From the NCBI GenBank assembly GCA_964016885.1, contig OZ024742.1:216194001-216258000 (forward strand): DNA of 64,000 bases. Reading direction: 5' to 3'. This document shows, in pieces, positions 56,211 through 64,000 of the stretch. Within the stretch, counting starts at the first letter, position 1. Every line of letters begins with the position of its first letter. Both the position numbers and the translations under genes were made by a program. The stretch is from Eledone cirrhosa. Its lineage: Eukaryota. The notes beneath the pieces are model-generated. The model ran no database searches. It had not been told where the DNA came from and worked only from the letters and a program-made list of their open reading frames with translations.

Positions 56211-56556
56211 TCCACTCGTAATAATAATAATCATCATAGGATGATCGATTGGCAAACAAGTTAGAGCAACAGATTGGGGTCTTTAGTGGCGACCTTTTAC
56301 ATTCAGATGTCAAATGCCGTCGAAGTTATGTTTGCCTTTCATTCTTCTGGGTTCAATAAAAAATATATATACCAACCTAATACTGGGTCGTTATAATCCT
56401 CGTTCCACTTTCCCATAATGTGAATTCGTGCTGATATGAGAAATTACTACCATTACTGCTATTACTACTAGTCCTACTACTACTACTACGCCCACTACTA
56501 CTCCTCTTCCTACTACTACTACTACTACTACTAAAACTACTAATACTACTACTACA

Positions 56557-56596
<40 letters not shown>

Positions 56597-56598
<2 letters not shown>

Positions 56599-57155
56599 GG
56601 GCTGGAGACATGATGGGCAGGGTGATCCACTGGCACCTATGCAAAGTAAACAATTTACCCCATTCTGAGAAGTGGTATGAGCATAAGCCAGAGGCGGTGA
56701 TAGAAAACGATGAGGTGAAGGTGCTGTGGGATTTTAGTATACAGACGGACAAGAAACTGGAACACAATAGACCTGACCTGGTGGTTGTGGACAAAGAAAA
56801 AAGATTGTGGATGTGGCCTGCCCATTCGACACGAGAGTGCAAGAGAAGGAGAGGGAGAAAATTAACCGATACCAGGACTTAAAGTGGGAGGTAAAAAGGA
56901 TTTGGAACTGCCATGAAGTCAAAGTGATCCCGATTGTCTTAGGCGCACTAGGGACTATCTCAAAAAGTTTCCAGGGATGGTTAAAAAAAATTGGCCCCTT
57001 CACGCTTTTTGGAACGCTTCAAAAGGCATGCTTGCTGGGAACAGCAAGAACCCTCCGATACGTCCTGAATATCAGAGGCTGCAGGTAGTGGCTTGATATT
57101 CATTTCAACAAACTTTCCAGTTAACTAACATCAATGACTGAGACTCAAAGAGTAA
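56597..57155 (+). mobile_element. 5'-truncated R4/Dong-clade LINE (restriction-like endonuclease domain and 3'UTR)
   Basis: IHWHLCK...KVLWDFSIQTD...NRPDLVVVDK...DVACPFD...EKINRYQDL...PIVLGALG...LQKACLLGTARTLR. (TAA)n on both sides. Confidence 0.9.
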
Positions 57156-57193
57156 TAACAACAATAATAATAATAATTTTAATAATAATAATG

Positions 57194-57840
57194 TAGGTTC
57201 TGTGGAGAGAGAGAGGAGACGATGGCTCACATTGTATCCGAGTGTAAACACCTAGCCCAGACTCACTATCAAGGCTGGAGACATGATGTGATGGGTAGGG
57301 TGATCCACTGGCACCTATGCAAAGTAAACAATTTACCACATTCTGAAAAGTGGTATGAGCATAAGCCAGAGTCGGTGATGGAAAACGATCAGGTGAAGGT
57401 GCTGTGGGATTTTAGGATACAGACGGGCAAGAAATTAGAACACAATATACCTGACCTGGTGGTTTTGGACAAGGGATAAAGATCGTGCCTGATTGTGGAT
57501 GTAGCCTGCCCATTCGACACGAGAGTGCAAGAGAAGGAGAGGGAGAAAATTAGCCGATACCAGGACTTAAAGTGGGAGGTAAAAAGGATTTGGAACTGTC
57601 ATGAAGTCAGAGTCGTCCCGATTGTCATAGGCGCACTAGGTACTATCTCAAAGAGTTTCCAAGGATGGTTAAAGAAAGTTAGTCCAGCCCCGCTTTTTGG
57701 AACACTTCAAATGCATGCTTGCTGGGAACAGCAAGAACCCTCCGATACGTCCTGAATATCTGAGGCTGCAGGTAGTGGCTTGATATTTATTTCAACAAAC
57801 TTTCCAGTTAAAGAACATCAATGACTGAGACTCAAAGAAC
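57194..57840 (+). mobile_element. Second 5'-truncated R4/Dong-clade LINE in tandem
   Basis: CGEREETMAHIVSEC...RHD (CCHC zinc finger) plus the same RLE motifs. Ends TGACTGAGACTCAAAGAAC(AAT)n. Confidence 0.9.
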
Positions 57841-57873
<33 letters not shown>

Positions 57874-58039
57874 TATAAAAATAATAATAATAATGATAAC
57901 AACAACAACAACAACAACAGCAACAGCAACAACAACAACAACAACGACAATAACAAGGACAACAGCACCACTGCTAGCACGAAGTGAGATAAGAAGGTAA
58001 ATAAGGCTGTGATTGAGTGTTATTTTAGAATCAAGGATG

Positions 58040-58560
58040 TGGTCAGGTCGCCGGGATCATACACTTCCTATGGAAGCCGCTTTGACGCAACTGTACTATT
58101 TCCCTGTAGACTAATCTCCGCGTCTACAACTTATCTGTCCTCTCCGTCAATTCTATAGAACAGAAACGTGGCCCATCACAAATACCCTGGCAAAGAGCAT
58201 CGACGGCTTCGATAGCAGAGCCCTGTGGACCATCGAGAGCATCAGATTGCACCACCACGTTTCAAACAATAGATGCGTGCGCACACGCATCATCCCGCAA
58301 CCTCCTGCTTCATAGCAATCCGCCACATTCAATGATATGGACATGTCCACCGCTCGCTGCCAGATAATCCTGCTAGGGCCATACTCTCGTTGGACGTAAC
58401 ATCTACAAGCTCGAAAAGGCCCTGCGGTAGGCCCCGCACCAGAGGCATGACCTCACCTTGGAAGATGTAGAGGAGCTGGCCCGGAACCGGCAGCAATGGA
58501 GGGTACTGATGGACCTCATCGGCTCTACGCAAGATGATGCCTCTGGGTTACTGACCTAAA
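58040..58560 (+). mobile_element. RTE-clade LINE 3' fragment
   Basis: LYRTETWPITNTLAKSIDGFDSRAL...HVSN...KRPCGRPRTR...ELARNRQQWRVL. Confidence 0.85.
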
Positions 58561-59583
58561 ATGACCCCAGTCTTATCGAACAAGAGCAAGAAAACGATGA
58601 AGTGTTTTTGCTGTGCCTGTTTAACCTCACTGAAATCTCGAACGGACAGTAACAAAAGGTAGTTTAGTCATACAATTGGCTAATATTTATAACAAATGAT
58701 GCGACTGTATATATGATCACTTATATGGTATAGTGGATGTAACCCGTATGGATGAAAGGTAAAGTTAACCTCGGCGGGATTTGAAATAATAAGTAATAGT
58801 TTTAATAGTAATAGGCCTGCGGTTATTCTAATGTACATCAAATAAGTGTTCTCTGAATTGTCTCGCCAACGGATGGCCATGTTTTACCTACCAATTGTAA
58901 ATTTCATCCTTGGGCAGCGAATTATATAGAAATTCCTTATGCGGAAGTCAGAGTGATAAATTAGTCTAACGTTCGTTCATATACCTGAACATTTCGAGAG
59001 TTAAATATAGTGAGATAGATGCTAGTGAGGATGCACGCATTAATCCGTAAAGATTACTATATCCAGAACAATTATTTCCTAGTTACCCTTTGTATATAGT
59101 ATTATATGATGATCTGCAATTGGTAGCTGAACTTATTCCAGCATTTAGACTTTGTTTGGGAATCTGAATTGTTGATAATTGCTTAAGTAAACGTTTTATT
59201 CCTATAACAATCAATAGGTGGGTCATTACAAATTGAGTTGGCAAATTCACTTTAGTCTGAGCTGTGTGAGACTGTTAGTATCCGTACACCCTAACACATA
59301 CACAAATACACACACAGCTACACGCACGCGCGCACACACACACTCATGCCATTCATATATGCATGTATATATCTATTCTACTATAAAAGATAACGTCTTA
59401 CATATACGTTTTATAGAAAGTGAATCGTGAATCAGATGAACCTTCAAGAACACAAATCTGGGAACACCTTCCGTGTTATATATATTAATTGCTATAATAG
59501 TACATTTACTTTCATAAAAGTATTTACTACATTTTGGGGGGGTGAAACTACTAGTACTACCAAACATACTACCATAAGTACAC

Positions 59584-59626
<43 letters not shown>

Positions 59627-59734
59627 TGTATGTATGTATGGATATGTACACGTATGTATATGCATAATGCACACAGACATACACATATATATATATAATA
59701 TATAAGATCAAAAGATGGTTAAAAGAGTTTCATG

Positions 59735-59805
59735 TATTTTATTATGCGCATTTCAAAAACAAATATCATCATGCAATAACATTTGCGTTTTCGTCAGATA
59801 AAATA
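59735..59805 (-). ncRNA. Type I hammerhead ribozyme (mirror copy)
   Basis: Reverse complement of 59920-59990. Confidence 0.8.
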
Positions 59806-59919
59806 GGGAGACATGATATGAAGGTTAAAACACACTTGTGAATAGTGCAGTTTTAAATCAACATATATATATATGTTGATTTACAACTGCACTGTTTTAA
59901 CCTTCATATCATGTCTCCC

Positions 59920-59990
59920 TATTTTATCTGACGAAAACGCAAATGTTATTGCATGATGATATTTGTTTTTGAAATGCGCATAATAAAATA
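59920..59990 (+). ncRNA. Type I hammerhead ribozyme
   Basis: Stem I TATTTTAT/ATAAAATA (8 bp), CTGACGA at 59928-59934, long stem II, GAAA at 59971-59974, palindromic ATGCGCAT stem III. Predicted cleavage after AUA at 59982. Confidence 0.8.
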
Positions 59991-60143
59991 CATGGAACTC
60001 TTTTAACCATCTTTTGATCTTATATATTATATATACTCCAGTCCTACAAACTGTAGAGTTCTACTTATCCGATATCTGCATTGCTTTATTGTGCTACAAT
60101 AAAACTCACCTCCTACATATATATATATATAAATATTCGTGTA

Positions 60144-60302
<159 letters not shown>

Positions 60303-60638
60303 CTGTTTATGTCTGTACTTGTGCCAGCGTTCGCGACGATTAAGTGTATATGGAGGTTTGACATACATAGATTCAAGTATGCGGACACTTCAAATTAATT
60401 TGCTGACGGGTATAAAGTGCATTTGAATCTAGAAGCTAGTAGCAAAACGTGACTTAAATAATAAAGGTTTAGCATTTAAATTCCTATTACTAATCTAACA
60501 AAAATTCCAATAATCATTTTTCACCTTTATTAAATACATACATATCTACAAATGATTCTATGTACTTATTTACATATATAAATACAAAAATCATTTGCAT
60601 ATACATATATGAATAAAACACACATGTGCGCACACACG

Positions 60639-60700
<62 letters not shown>

Positions 60701-60755
60701 CATAAATATATATATGTATATATATATATATATGCATATAAATATGTGTATATAT

Positions 60756-60806
<51 letters not shown>

Positions 60807-60807
60807 C

Positions 60808-60856
<49 letters not shown>

Positions 60857-60864
60857 GAGAGAGG

Positions 60865-60950
<86 letters not shown>

Positions 60951-61261
60951 TAAAAATGTAAATAAATGGGAAAAATGTTTTCTTTCTGTATAATTGCAGA
61001 CATATATACAGACTTAATGTAACACATATTTATTCATAAGGACATGTTTTTAAGTGTATAAAAGTAAGAGTGTGTTTCACTGTATGCGTAGCTAATTATT
61101 CCATCTAAAAATCATGTTCATGTTTCATAAATCTATTTGAAATGGCGATTTTAAAGCTGCCATTACAAACAACTTTCAGGACGGCGGCTATGTCTAATTC
61201 TTGGCACAGTCTCAGCGAAATAGCTGGTCGTATGATGTACGTACATACATATGTTTGCATG

Positions 61262-61331
<70 letters not shown>

Positions 61332-61337
61332 CAAATT

Positions 61338-61414
<77 letters not shown>

Positions 61415-61719
61415 AACATATATGTATACATACAAACATATATATATATAAATACAAACATAAGTGCCAACTTGACTGTCACCACTGAATATGAAACAGA
61501 AGATTGCGAAAGCATGAAAGTACTTATTCAATTAACATTTAACTTTTAATATTCTACCATACTATTTCATTATAATATCATTATAATTTTAAAGGATTGT
61601 AAATAAAACGAATAAATCAGACAAAGTTGGAATTCCTTTTATTAGTATAATCTTCTCTACACAATCATACACACCGGTGTATATTTATTTATAAAAATAT
61701 ATCTATATTCCTATTGTGT

Positions 61720-63850
61720 ATATGCCATCATGTCTGGAAAGCAACAAATGAAATCAACAGAATCAGAAATATCATCGAAATTACCAACACTTATCACGAT
61801 GATTGACACACAATCCTCTATTTTAAAGGAAATAGAAAAACAATCTACAGACGGAAAACTTATAACTGAACATATAAACCCTGAAATTAAGAATTTAACT
61901 GAAATTATACCAACAGTTATCAAAGCTACAAGAGAAAGCCTACCACAACCCACTTGGATGTCAGAACTAAACGAAAGAAATTTGGAAAACGAATCACATC
62001 GAATAAGAAAAGAAATGTGGAAGACATGGAAAAAATTTCTTAACATGAGAAAACAAAACTTGTGAAAAGCATACATATGCGAAAAATATGTCGAAACACA
62101 TACAAAATGGCTTTCTCTAACGGCACCCATACTCCCTCGTAAATACCATATTAAAGAAATTGCAGGAGAGCCAGAAGAAGAAACAAAACTCGGATGGGAA
62201 CTTACATTGACAAAATTCAGGACCGACATCTCCATTACTCAATGTAAACAATCCTGCTACAAAGCCAAATATGAAGCTATCGCTGACCAAATTGAAGTCG
62301 AAATTTCTAAGCTAACGACTGGTAATATAGCTGAAAAACTACGAGAACTATGGATCAGAGATATCTCAAAAGAAGAAAGCAAATCAAGAAAATTATAGCA
62401 GCAGAAAGAATTATTTCTCGACGAATATGCTGCAAATTACGGTAAAGACTCTGGAACTCTGAGAAAAAGCATTAAAAGTGGACAATGACACCAGCACAAA
62501 ATACACATGAACACGTGGCAACACAAACACTCATCTCACCTTGGATCGAAGAGAACTACGGTAAGAACTCTTCGCTTTTTCTACAAAAACACCCTAACGC
62601 ACACAACATTAATAAAAAGCAAAAACACGATAGATAATCCTTTGACCAGACCATGAGAAGTAGAAAAACCAGGAGATCATTTTCAAGATCTCAACAGAGA
62701 TTACCCACAAGAAACTGGGCAAAAAAACGATCTAAAAATGAAAGCAAACCTAGGTCATTTTCCCAGATTGTTAAAAATAATGCTAACAAGAAATGGAAAA
62801 TTAATATACATAATACCAAAAATAGGAAAAAGACATAACGAAACTAAGTATAATATCACGAACAAAAGTTCATCAAGCAAACACCAACAGGAATATAAAT
62901 GATGAACAGAGATGAGTAGTACCAAATTACCATTCCTAGATATAATGGTAATCAAAAACGACACCACCATTACCTTGGATATATATTATAAACACACAGA
63001 CACCCATCAATATCTGAATTTTAAGTCGTGCCATCCACCTCATAAAAAACGCAACATCCCATACTACTTAGCCAGAAGAATTTGTACCATTGTAGAAGAT
63101 ACGAATACCAGGAACAAACGCCTAACAGAACTGAGAGAATTTTTCCTCAAACAAAAATACCCATCTCTACTTATAGAAAATGGCATACAGCGGGCTATAA
63201 AAATACCTATACAACAACTTAGGACAACCCAAGGAAAAAGAAACCAAGAACTGGTCATACCATTTATAATGACACACACCCCATGTCACCAGAATATCTT
63301 CAACACTGCCAAAGCAAACCTACCGATCATTGCTGAAAGTAATGAATTAAAATCTTTAATCACAGACCGAGCTTTGATTTTTAGTAAAAGACAGCCGAAA
63401 AATTTGAAGCAATTACTAACAAAGGCAAAGTTTGACCTTAACAACAAAGACCAAACATTCACTGTATCTAAATGCAATGATAGTCGATGTGGCACATGTC
63501 AATCCATACACACTGGTCAATATATGAACACAAAAACTGGAAAAATATTCCCAAATGCTAATATGAACTGCAAAAGCAGAAATTTAATTTAATGCATTAA
63601 ATGCCCGAATTGTGAAGAATTATATGTCGGTCAAACTAGAAATGCACTATCGGAACGTGCACGAATGCACCGACAGTAAATCAGAGACCCAAATGTCCGT
63701 CAGATACCTCTGCAACAGATAGCAACATGTGGTCAGAAAATATTTATAATATTTCTATTCTACAAACTATACAGCCCAAGTGAAATCAAGAGAAAAATTA
63801 AAGAAAATAATTTTATTGATAAATTCCAACCCAAGCTAAATGAAGAATAA
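61720..63850 (+). mobile_element. Internally deleted Penelope-like element (N-terminal region, RT thumb, GIY-YIG)
   Basis: KLPFLDIMV...DIYYKHTDTHQYLNFKSCHP...ARRICTIV, CNDSRCGTC, and NLI*CIKCPNCEELYVGQT. RT palm motifs are absent. The upstream A-rich ORF pieces are collinear. Confidence 0.88.
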
Positions 63851-63933
63851 TAATGCTTAGAGGTATTACTTATACTATGACTACGCCTACGACCATGTCG
63901 ACTACCACCACTAACAACAACAACAATAATAAT

Positions 63934-64000
63934 AATTGTTTCTACGTTAGGAACAAGGCCAGCAATTACCCAGTGCATTACTGGTACTTTATTTTATCGA
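63934..64000 (-). mobile_element. SINE family A 3' part, cut by the window end
   Basis: Consensus tail. Confidence 0.85.

Larger units (their letters stand above)
59690..60035. mobile_element. ~340-bp near-perfect palindrome with an intact-looking hammerhead on each strand
   Basis: Arms are inverted about ~59868. The hammerhead cores are identical in both arms. Confidence 0.85.

Overview
This is eukaryotic, AT-rich, microsatellite-saturated DNA. The SINE and LINE complement suggests an octopus or other cephalopod (inference). No intact host protein-coding gene is evident, and almost all of the ORF track is microsatellite noise. The window holds many transposon remnants: a disrupted Tx1/L1-group LINE (1-4364, minus) plus 3' fragments, two R4/Dong-type RLE-LINE 3' fragments in (TAA)n, RTE and CR1-like remnants, four Penelope-like (PLE) remnants, a mariner pseudogene, a non-autonomous Helitron, and about 20 copies of a tRNA-derived SINE. 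The most interesting signal is a set of non-coding, (TA)n-embedded fold-back or tandem elements from several sequence families carrying type I hammerhead ribozyme motifs, most with a short or palindromic stem III. One 340-bp palindrome has an apparently intact hammerhead on each strand. One 592-bp-periodic direct repeat is retrozyme-like. One fold-back element instead carries a tRNA-like Pol III cassette. A possible host promoter (~46.6-46.8 kb) and short minus-strand exons are weakly supported. All coordinates were read by eye, and boundaries of decayed elements are approximate.
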